From the NCBI GenBank assembly GCA_030248215.1, contig JASANG010002792.1, forward strand, positions 248,001-312,000: a stretch of 64,000 bases of DNA, in the 5' to 3' direction. Within the stretch, counting starts at the first letter, position 1; the number at the start of each line of letters is the position of its first letter. The DNA comes from Enoplolaimus lenunculus (lineage: Eukaryota). This document shows, in pieces, positions 1 through 12,000 of the stretch. The notes beneath the pieces were generated by a model. The model worked only from the letters and a program-made list of their open reading frames with translations, was not told where the DNA came from and did not search any database. Made by a program: the position numbers and the translations under genes.

Positions 1-3000
1 AACGATTAACACTGAAGGTATAAATAAGCACTACTCTCCGTTGAAGAAAGGGCTTGGCTTGAAAATGGAACCTGCTTCAGCTGTGGACAAAGAAGGTAGC
101 CATGTTATTGCTGAACTGAAAATATGTATTTCGTTATAGATTCAAGGTCTATGTTAGAAAATAACTCTTGCTGTCTGGGAAAATTTTTAACTAAAACTTT
201 TTCAGTTTTTTTCAACCCAACTCAGTCATTTGGTATGCAAATACATAATATAGACGTTTATTGTACATCTTTGATATATTAGCTGGGTTTATGTACGGGA
301 ATTGAGTTAAGTGTAGTTTTTGACACAGTTCTCCGAAAAATGCCAAAGCTACATAAGGCTTTCGAGCATAGTTCAGGAAATTTTTTTATTTTTTAACTTC
401 AATTTTGGGCCAGCGAACTTGAATCATATGTACACAATACAGCTTGTAATTCCTAATTGAGAGCTGGGCAGTGCTACGATTCTGTTGGTTACCAGTCGTA
501 GTGGGACTACATGTATTGAGCGAAGCTCGATTACACTTAAGCAACTAAGCTAATATGCAAATTACTTTTCAGCTAACTATTCAGTTATCGGTTTTGGAGA
601 TTTGTGAATAATTTATTTAGATTCCTCGCACCCAAAAAACCTTCAGTAACCCTAAAAATTAGTGAAATATTGCAAGAAGCCCTAATTTAAACTTATCAAA
701 TATGCTGATATGCTAATTAGCTATTAGCTAGCTATTGAATTATCGGTTTTGAAGGTTTGTAGACAATTTGTTTAGGTTTCTCGTGCCCAAAAACCCTTAA
801 TTGCTGAAATTAGATTGCTTTTAACCATAATAATTAGTGAAATATTGTAAAAAGTCCTAATTTAGGATAATCAGTTATGCTAATATGCAAATTTGCTATT
901 AGTTAACAATTCAATTATCGGTTTTAATGATCAGGGGCTATCTATCCTACTGAAACAATATATGATTGCGACCGTTCTGATGTGTTCCATCTTTATCCTT
1001 GGTTTGAACAAATAACAGTCCGAAACATTAACGCTTTTGTTATGTTTGTATTTTTCGAAAAAATATCTTATATTTGAAACGACTGTTTCAGCTACAGAAG
1101 TAAAGAAATCGGTTCCAAACCTCTTTAGCGCACAGACAAGCGGAGAAAAATCGAAACAACAGACGCTAAAAATGGCAGGTCTGAGCTTTTGTTGAATGCG
1201 TTTACCAATTTTTTTTAGAAATTTACATTAAGAGCAGCTGTTTTCGTATAACGTTTGGCAACATGTGGAGCCTTTAACTGCTGATGTATGACGGCAAACC
1301 TGTTGCACACACAGAGTTATTTCACCTATCTTGTAGAAGTAGAGACCATAAAAATATCGTGACTACACGTTTGAGGGTGTTAGTATGCTTCTATATTTTT
1401 GGTCACATAGCTTTAGGTCGCCAAGGTAAAAGCATACATGTGAATAATAACTCTTATTCAGTTTTGTGAGGCGCAAGGATTATCGGTTGCGGTTCTATTT
1501 GTACTGTAATTATTTTTATTTATATTTATAGAAAACATGCAAAAGACAATTTCGGCCAGCTCTGCTAGTCCAGTGGTTTCGGCAGGACCTACGTCTGGAG
1601 TAAATGATGAAGTTATAAATGAAACAAAACAATTACTCAAAAAAGGTACACGGTTTGAATAGTCGCTTAGGTATAACAATTGATACAATCGTTCATCACC
1701 TTTGTGTTATTCTAAACGATCTAAAACCTCTTTGTTTTTGAATATAGTATTTCCAGATGACATACAAAATAATATTTTCTGCGTAATAATTTAAACTCAT
1801 GTAATAATTGCTCAGACCGTCCTAGCGAGCTTTTTTAACATCGAAGATATTTTTGTCATGTACCACGTTTTTGTAATGTTTTAGCTGCAGAAGTAAAGAA
1901 ACCACTACCAGCTTCAAATCTGTCTAAGCCTCAGACTAGTGGAGAAAAATCGAAACAAGTGATACCTAAAGTAGCAGGTCTGTTTTTCACTGGTTGAAAC
2001 TGCCGAGTAATGTCGTGTTTAATGTCAAAATTTATCGTGCAGAGCATTACATTTATCCTAAAATAAAGATGTTCACAGTTCTTGCTGCTTAGCGGCAACT
2101 TTGGAAGAACACGCCTTTACATCAATATTTGAAATAGCAATGGAATGGGGAATATTTGTGACAAGACTTAATTCCCAGTTTATCTTGAACATACGCATCA
2201 ACCTTGCCAATTGATTCTGTTTTACTGCTACGCTAAGGTACATAGCATACTCTTGAGTATGCAATTATTAAGTAAATTTTTCGCATTTTTTGCATTTTTA
2301 AGTTTTGGATTTTAGATATGCTGACTGCGAAAAGTATTGCTTTTACAAAATATAGCGACGCGTTCATTTGGCCAGCGATAGACGCATGTGAAGAACCCTT
2401 GATTGGTTTGTCCAATTTTCATAGCGTTAATTATTCGTACGAAACTAATTGTTGGAGAGAAACTAAACCATTGCGGTGAAACCCGCCGTTGTGGTCAAAC
2501 CAATTGGGGTGAAATCCACCGTTGGGGGGTTGAAATGAACCGCTGGTGTGAAGCCTACCATTGGCGTGAAACCAAGCGTTGGTGAAACCAACTGCTGGGG
2601 TAAAACCATGTTGGAATGAAATCAACCTTGCAGCGAAACCATCCGTTGGAATGACATTAAGCATTGGGATCTGCTTGAGTACCAACATGATAACTAAATT
2701 GGAAACCCGCACTCATACAGGTGTATGAACAGTCGTGTTTATACGATTGGTAAAGTTGTATTGTACTCGAGTAGTATTTTAGTGTTACTGTTTTCTATTC
2801 TAGGTATTTGGTTGGTGTATGAGTACAAACCAGACGATCCACAATACGAACCCGGATACTTGTGTAGGATTTGCAAATGCCGGTTAATGGCTGACAAGGT
2901 TGTTGATCATGTGACAGGCACAAATCATAGACTTGTTTACGTGGTATGTCTGAGAATATATAAAGGGTGTTTTGCTTTTTCAGAACAAGAACCGTGTTGC

Positions 3001-6000
3001 ACACAATAACCAATTTCACATCCGTTCATTTGCTTGATATGTTGTTTTTCAACGTAAGGTCCGTATGCTAACGTTTCTTTTTAAATTCCCGAGGCGCTAG
3101 TGCCCCATGTAACTTCTGTATTGAGGTCAAACTGAATTTTTCGTCTGATTATAGTTTTGCGACCAAAGTAGTTTATTTAGATTTTAAATAATTAGTATTA
3201 ATATTTTGCATATAAAAGCACAAGCCGTAACACCAACGGTATTCAATGCAATGTATAAAACAATTACGGAACAAGTAAATAGCATGTCACAGAAATAAAA
3301 AATGCTTCGTCGAGTGAATTATTTACTACACGCCTTGCTGCAGCAACTAGGACTTAAATACTTAAAAGTTTGACACTTAAGCCCGTATTCTCAAAAGTAC
3401 ATATGTAGCATCTATCACCGGTTGATGATAGGTCCTGTAGCTTTGGAACCAGCGGATGGTGAGGTTCGAAATTCTCGCGTTTGATTTGTCCTACTTCTGT
3501 ACCAATTTTGAGATCTGCAACTGCAGATAGATGTTCGTCTGTTTGAAAACCTATCGCTAATTGATGATAGGTGCTATACGCATTTTAAAATATGGGTCTT
3601 AGATTTTAAATTGCCTTCCGAAAGCCTGAAATTCTTATAGATTCTTTGAAGTTTATTATCCGCGCTAACTTGAGCCTTGTTTTGCATCTTAAGTTTCTAA
3701 GTATATTTTTGAAGATGTTAGTTGAGATAACTCCTGAAGCAAAATGTTTTGTCAAAAAGTGTGAAAGTTTATATATCGTTTTGTGCGGCTTTACTGTTTT
3801 GGTTGCGCTACTTATCGCCGTGGACAGTTGGTTTATAAATCATTGTATGTATTCAACCTTTTGTTATTAATCTGTTAACGGCGCAAAGTGGATGATATTG
3901 GTACTGAATATACCTTTCTGTGTTTGTTGCATGGCGTTATTTATTGTCGCACCTCTATGTAGCAATATCAGTGGAAGACTAAACGACAAATGGCCACTTC
4001 ACAAAATAAATTTTACAATTCGTCATTTATCCGAACACTCGGTGACTACTTTTTATAACATATGTGCCAAGCAGGGCACACATGTTATATCCGAGTTATT
4101 CATCCTATTTATTATATTCGTACCACTACAACATTAAACAACATTTTAGTTCTTCCGAACTTGACTAGCACTGAAAACGACCACAATTTTGCAGGCCTCG
4201 TTACCTGCGTGTGCTCACCCAGAATGAGTGAACGACTTAGTACGGCTTCCTGTCTATCAAAGATTTTGTGTCACAATATGGGTTGTAGGCAGTAGGTACT
4301 GACATTCGGCGATGCTTATAAGCCAGAAGCAATAACGACTAGAATTTTTTCAGGACATGCTGTTAACCGCTTTGGTGAAATAGAAGCTTGCTACAAACGC
4401 AACTGAACTACATAAGCTAAGTAATCGCCGAATTCCCTGTTCGCAAAATGATACATCACTGCAAAAGGACGCGTAAAATGGTTATCTCAAAAGTACCATG
4501 CTGCGTCAAACGTGCCTCCTAAATAGCCCGGGCGCCTTAGAATTTTTTCTACAACTAGTTTAGCTCACACGGTCAGGCACGAGTTAGCTGTACCGTTACG
4601 ATGCGAATGGATCAAGACGTTAAATGAGTTAAAGCTCATTTTTCGAATCTGCTTGTTCACCAATATTCGTAGGAAATATTAATACATATTGCATTACTAC
4701 GGCAGAGTCGTGTTGCATGCGTTTCTCTGTGTTAAACAATAAATTATAAAAAATATACTTGCTTGTTTCAAGCTTTAAAGTAGTTATAGTATACAACTTT
4801 TTTGCACAGTTAGAATATGATGCATATCTGCGTGTTGGTTGAACCGCAGTTTGTTGCGTAGCTGTTGTACTTTTTTGCATGCTGTACAAGCAGTATCACT
4901 AAAGTTTAGTTGATTATGTATGCGGTCAATGCTTTGCTGAAACAAAATACTCAGTAATTTTGGGGTTAGTAAATCTAAGTGAAGCAGTACTATTATAGAG
5001 CCCTTCACGAAAATTTTGCTGCGGATGCGGTGCGGCTCAAACCCACGACGTACGGATTACCGGTACGCTGCTCTAACCACTGAGATACGCAGCCATGCAA
5101 ACATTTCACATCAACAATTGCGTAGTATATCTATATAATTATAAGGGAACATATATGTATTTTGGGCACTATCCGGCCGATTTGTTTAAGTATGCAATTT
5201 TCTATGTAATTAAAGCTAGAACGCAACACATACGTGTGTTGGTCGCAGCAGTTTCAGCTGATTTGTTTTAAGTATGCAATGTACATAAAACTGGTCCTGC
5301 TTAGACCCCGGCAAAAAACGTGATGGCCCCGAGGCATCTCTAGTATATATTTTGCTTGCCGAAATTGCTCTTTTTTCGTATGTTTAATCCAAATACACTG
5401 TTTTTGAATTACCGACTATCTGTGTTGTTTTGTTATTGACTGTTTTATCTGTAATTCTAGGCATTCATACTAAGACCAAAGGTATTTTCAGCAAGGTTCT
5501 TGTGGTTGGCTGAACTGCTAAGAACGGCTGAATGTAAATGATATGTTTCTCGTAAAATCGCAGCTGTAGGCTAAATGAATTTGGTTCAATAACCGAAAAA
5601 TTTACTATTCGTGCTCAAATAATAATCTATTTTGGAAACTATCATACGTTACATGAAGGATATTTTACCCTGCATATCATGTAGTGATGCTCAGATTTAA
5701 CTCGGCACTTATGAATTAACATGTTAATGTGTAAATATGTGTTGAGCTAAAGAGTACTGCTAGGTAGCGAATCAATGGATGTATCGTATTCCGATCTTTT
5801 TTCGTTCGTGTAGACAGACTCTATAGGCTCTATGTCAAGTACGCTCTCGCAGATGCACATTGTCTACTCCAACAATTGTGCGGAAAACAGATTAATAAGG
5901 CTGCTGAATTACAAGCGGTTAAGTTATTAAGCATAATTTTTGTCGATGGCAAAGTCATTGCAAATGACATTGAGGCAGCAATCGATAGGCCTTGATAGCG

Positions 6001-9000
6001 TTCTGTCTGTCAAAGGTTCCTGTCGTTGAAGTGTGCGACCGGATATTAATTTGCCGGATACAAATATTTAGCTTTTTCCCGAAACATGAATCTGATATAG
6101 GATATTGTATATGTTAATGATACATTTTTCGCAATATTTTTAGCGTGGTCAAGGTTTTCGTCTGTTATAAAGTTCATAATTGTTGCTGATAAACTGAAAT
6201 TATTTCAAGCAAAATGTGTTTTCGCTCGCTTACATAAGTTAAAAGTGTCTGAAAATGTAACAAAAACTTGAACTTCTTGACTTGCCCACCAATCCAACTT
6301 GTCTTGTCCGGAAACGTGATCGCAGCAAGATGTTAAGTATGTTGACTTGTCAACAACAGGTTTTGATATTCGGCACCGCAATCGTATATATCCGGTATCC
6401 GGTAGGTTTATACCGAAACCGGATACGGATATCAGCTTTTACCGGATATTAAACCAGAACCGGATATCCGGTCGCACCATGTGTCGTTGTGCATAAAAGT
6501 CAATTCTGTTTAGATCACAAGTATACAAGCTAAAACTTCGTCGGCGAAGTGGCGCAATACTTTTGGCGACTCGTTAAAATTTTAAAGATTTAAGAATTTG
6601 TGGTCGTTTCTTTGTTTTAAAGTTGTTTCTAAATCTAAAATTGATTGGTTATTGTAAGGTCAAGTGTTACAAACCCGGAAACGCTGATATTTTCTACACA
6701 TCTGTTCAATTATGTGGCTGAAACGGGGCTTCTAACAATTGCCTTGTAGCGTATTCTTGATCCGGATCTATGAATTTGTGTATCTGATAGACCGTACTTG
6801 ATAACTTCATCCGTATAGCACTTCTTATCAGGCCGTTTTCTATTGCCCGACGAGATAACTAACTTATTAGAATGAGTGCGTTTATCAAAACCCGCTTGTG
6901 TTTTATCTAATAGCACAATTGTGTAATTTTGTTTTATGCTGAAAGCTAAGTTCTGAATTTAGGTATGGTTTCGCAACATCATACACTTTATTTGTTTTTA
7001 TTTTATTTGACTCTATATATATGTATATTCGTTTCGTCCGTAGATGTATTTGCTGTTCCGTTAGTTTTGATGTATATCATGTTCTTTAAATTATCAATAC
7101 AGTGGCTACATTTGCTAATAAGTTTTAGGTTTGCAATTAAATGAAACATTGATTATTTTTGCTTGTAGCTGTAATGCCGGTGATGAAGTAAGTTTATTTC
7201 TCCGATAAGATTTGAAAATAAACGTGTTTGAAAACATAACATGTGTTGTTTGAAAGATATTTGTTAGTAGAATTTGTAATTTATTGCAGCAGCAGCACTA
7301 TCCATCACACTACCGAACACTTCCTGCAATCCCGGATGAGAATGCTGACCAATATGCTGTTGAACAATTTCGTCTTAAACTAAATGAAGTGGCTTTAAAA
7401 ATTGAAAATCGTGAAGGAAAACGTTCGATTTCTCGTCGTTTGGTCCAGCCTGTTGATAAACGAATATGTCGACGATTAAAGATGCCAATTGCTGATTCGG
7501 AGCAGAAAGGAGCAGGTTAGTTTTTATAAGTATACTACTGGCTTGTTACGTTAAGTCATTATTGTTTACGTTATGGTTGTTTGTTGTTCTTTGCAGGGTG
7601 CAACCGGAATTACAATTTACCGGAACCGGAATTTGAAAATTTTACCGGAACCGGAAACGGAACCGGAAAGTGAAAAATGCATTTCACCAAAAATTTCATT
7701 TTATTCTTATTTTTTGCTCTATTATTTGTGAAATAACCTTAGTCGAACATAGGTATTTGTTTTATTTGTTGTATTTTAGATTTCGTCGTCGACTGAAGTG
7801 ACATCCACCATCATTGGCTTATATTTGGAGTACAAGTGGCTTTCAAAAGAGATTCTTAAAAATTAGCAAAGTTAAGAAAACGGCCAAATTATAACACCGG
7901 AATTTTTAAATCCGGCAAAAATTTACCGGAACCGGAACCGGAAGGTGAAAAAATGCCGGAACCGGAATTCCGGTTGCACCCTGGTTCTTTGAGATGGTAT
8001 CCCGAGTAGTTTACTACTAAAACGATTTCGTGGTATTCAACTATGCTTGGGTAACCATTGGTTTGCTTGTTGCATTTGAGTATTGTGTTTTCCAATTATC
8101 GTATTATGTGAAGGAAATATTAATCCGATTTTTGAGCTTTTCATAAAGTTTTAAAATGGCTTACATGTTCATTTTCTTATTAAACGATCTGGGCTGCCCA
8201 TCGTTAATTGGTTAAAAGTTTAGTTTATTTAACGTCATGGCTTTGATCTGAAACACGCAGACTAATGTCTTGTATATACTTAGGTTTTAGTTAGCGGGTA
8301 AACATAGGCCGTCTCATTTACCGATTTTCCAATAAAATTTAGAGCCGTCTCATTTGCCCAACACTGGGCTGTTCCATATGAAGCTGTTCCGTTTTTCCAT
8401 TTGCCCATAACATGGCTATCCCATGCCCTTCCCCCACAACCCGTGAAAATATAGAGTTGTTCCATTTTTACATTTGTCCGAAAAAGAATTTCTAAGTGAA
8501 TATATAAAGACGTTCATTTTCTCAACGAAACTATGTAGCTGTCGTATCAGTATTTTACTTTTTAATTTATACCTAGGCGCCAATTGGCGACTAACCATAA
8601 ATTTTCAGGGACCAGTTTTTAAACTAAAGCGTCAAAGAGAAGTTTAAGTAGTAGTCAAAAACCTATCACCGATGCCAAATTCAAATTGCTTTCAGTTGAA
8701 AAGGTAAATTCACTGTAAACGCATTTGTTTTTTGCCAAATCGCAACTTTGACTTTGTCAATTATTTTTAGTCGGCAAACGATTTCAGATGATGTGATTTT
8801 AACGTTTTTGCATAACTCACATGTGATTCATCACTTTTTCAACAAAAAGTTGAATAAAATAACACCCAAAAATTTTGCTGCAAAGTTGGCCATACAAAGA
8901 AATCGACTTGGCATCAGTTCGTTAGTTCGGTGCCATGGAGCCTGGATTGTCGAAAAATAAACTCGGTGTCTCATTTGCCCAGGATAGTACTGTCCCAATA

Positions 9001-12000
9001 GTATCCGTCCGTGTTAAAATATAGAGCTGACCCGTTTTCTCATTTGTCCGAAAAAGTATCAAGACAGAGGGTTACCTTTAACTCGCGCTCGAGTTCGAGC
9101 GTCGTGTTGAAACTTTTGATGTTTATGGATGGATAAAAATAACCAAATAACATTGTATACGAGATAATAATTACTATGGAGCTATTTAAATTAATCATAT
9201 TGTATATGGCTAATTAAAATGGACATCATGTGGGTCCTTTGATAACAATAGTACTGGACGAAAACCGAGACGTTCAAAACAAAATTATAGCTAAAATTTA
9301 CAAAAAATTTTCCTAAAAACGATGCTTGGCTTCCCAGGGTTGTTCAATGGTATTCTAATTCCTAGAATTACGCTTAAAACTTTAATTAAGGGTCAGCCGA
9401 TCCTTTTTTCAACGCAGGGGTTTCGAACTGAGTATATGGTAACAGGTTCCATCAATGACGCTTTTAAATTCCTCCTACTGCAATAACTTTAATACTCCAC
9501 TCTAACGTAAGACCAGTTGTAGTGGGGTTACATGTTTTGAGCGAAGCTCAAACACACCCATGCAATTAAGCTAATATGCATATTACTTATTAGCTAACTA
9601 TTCATTTATCGGTTTTGGTGATTTCTGAACAGTTTAGATTTCTCGCACCCAAAAATGCTCCAGTAACCCTAAAAATTAGTGAAGATTGCAAAAAGCCCTA
9701 ATTTAGGCTTATCAAATATGCTAATATACAAATTAGCTATTAGCTAACAATTGAATTAACGGTTTTGAAGGTTTTTAGACAATTTATTCAGATTCCTCGT
9801 GCCAAAAACATTTTAGTAAAATATTGTAAAAAAATGCTAATTTAGGACAATCAGTTATGCTAATATGCAAACTAGCTATTAGCTAACTATTCAGTTATCG
9901 TTTTTGAAGGTCAGTAGACACTTTATTCAAATTCCTCGCACGCAAAAACCCTTTACTGCTGAAATTAGACTGCGTGTAACCATAATAATTAGTGAACAAA
10001 GAGTCTTAATTTATTCTTGTCAGTTATGCTAATATACAAACTTGCTATTAGCTAACTATTCAATTATCGGTTTTGAACTTTCGTGGACAATTCATTCAGA
10101 TTCCTTGTGCCCATAAACCCTTTATTGCTGACATTAGGTTTCTTGTAACCCTAATAATTAGTCAAATATTGTGAAAAGTCCTAATTTAGGATAATCAATT
10201 ATACTAATATGCAAATTAGCTATTAACTAATTATTCAATTAGTTTTTGAAAGTTTGTAGACAATTTATTCAGATTCCTCGCACCTAACAACTTAGTGAAA
10301 TATCTTAAAAAGTTCTAATTTAGGCTTAACCAATTATGCAAATTAGCCTGTGGGTAATAAACGGTTTAAAATTTTAAAGCACCAAGTTGAGGTTAACACA
10401 CCAGGATAACAGGCTTTCAAACAAAAAAAGTTTATCATAATTGGTTCAACGGTTCTTGAGATTCTTTTCGGACGGACAAACGGACATCCACCTTTGACCC
10501 CCGAGCACAAAATATAAAACGCTTCGCGAAACTTCGAGCGAAAAGCCACAATTGCGTTTTCCACCCGCTGATCGTACTCTGCACTTTTTCCACAAAAACA
10601 CGGTGCATTGCAAAATTCAATGCACATCTGATTCAGTTACAGTGTTAGGCTTGTCCTGCGGTTCGAATCATTCCAAGAAGAATGAAATTCTAGTGGATAT
10701 GCTTTAAATATATATTTACGGCGAATTCCTAAATACGGTCACTCCTTGTTTTACCAACCGGCATGACGTCTACCTAAGCGTTTAATGGTTTTGCTCACAT
10801 CACACCAACGGATTCAAACTGTTTCCGTTAATTTTCTGCATCATGGATGTAGCATAAATCACTGTTGTTAGTCGGGAAAAATTACCGGAATAAAATGGCG
10901 GAAAAAATGGAAAAATATTAAACGATTCTTAAATATAATTTGCAACTAAATATGATATGAAGTGACGTTACTTAGATAACATGTAACTAATTTATATGCA
11001 ACACAATAACAGTGACCGTGCTTATATGCACGGCAGGACACATTATATGTCCGAAAAGAACAAAAATTTCAGCACATTAATATATAAATGGATTTCTGAA
11101 TTGAAGCATTACCACGAAATTTAATTTAAAACTAGATATGCATCTCCGTTGGTTCGCTAACCAGGTTTTGGCGACGGTGGGGTCAAATCTAGGGCGCCCA
11201 AAATTGAAAGCTTTCAGTAATTGAAAGGTTTTGATGTCAGAGGAAACCTATATATATACTTACGTACAAAAACAAGTGTGACTACTGCAGCTCGCTCCAC
11301 TCATGAGTTTTTAATGTTTTGATGACCTAATCTGACTATTCCACGCCCAAACATAAATTTTTGAAAAACTCGAATTATTAAGGTCCCAAGTTCTCCCATA
11401 TGAAAAAATTTTTTTATCAAAAAATTAGACAAATTATATATACTATTCGACACAGGTTGCGGAGCTTCTACGAATATTGGTAAATATTCCCCAATCAGAT
11501 GTCTGGGTAACGAGTTATTGTCAAATAACTAAATTTGGCGCTGAAGCATGATCGCTGGCAGCGCGCCAAATCAGTTATTTGACAACGACTTGTCAAGCAG
11601 AATCACGAGTTCAAATATGCAAAAAGTTCCAAAATCTAAGCATTTTCTGAATAACATGACATTTGTCAATCTAAGTTTTCCGTACAGTTACAAAACTTCT
11701 AGTTCCGATTTCGATTACAATTCTGGTAGAAATTTGCTGTTCCTGCCCCCACCTCTTCCGCAGGTATTGCATATGATTTGTATATGTACCTATCCTAACA
11801 AGTTTATATGCATTGAATGAAAAACACGTTTGTATTTCATAGGAGCTATCGAAACCACAGTAGGAAGTCGGTAAGGATTTTTTAACTCGACCCGTACTTT
11901 ACCCATGCAAACAAGAATTTATTACCCGCGGGTATACCTGCGCAAACAAGATCTACCCACGATCCGCCTTTTACCCGCGCCTGATATCAAACCAGTATTT

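Noticed and set aside
2403..2712. ORFs with WGET-like or GGFH-like repeats, and a CRISPR-like appearance
   Set aside because: Products of an intronic minisatellite; linkers are only a few bases, repeats are degenerate, and there are no cas genes in this eukaryotic context.
5023..5094. Functional tRNA-Thr gene
   Set aside because: Mismatched stems, TTTGA T-loop, C at position 33, and diverged copies sharing non-tRNA flanks.
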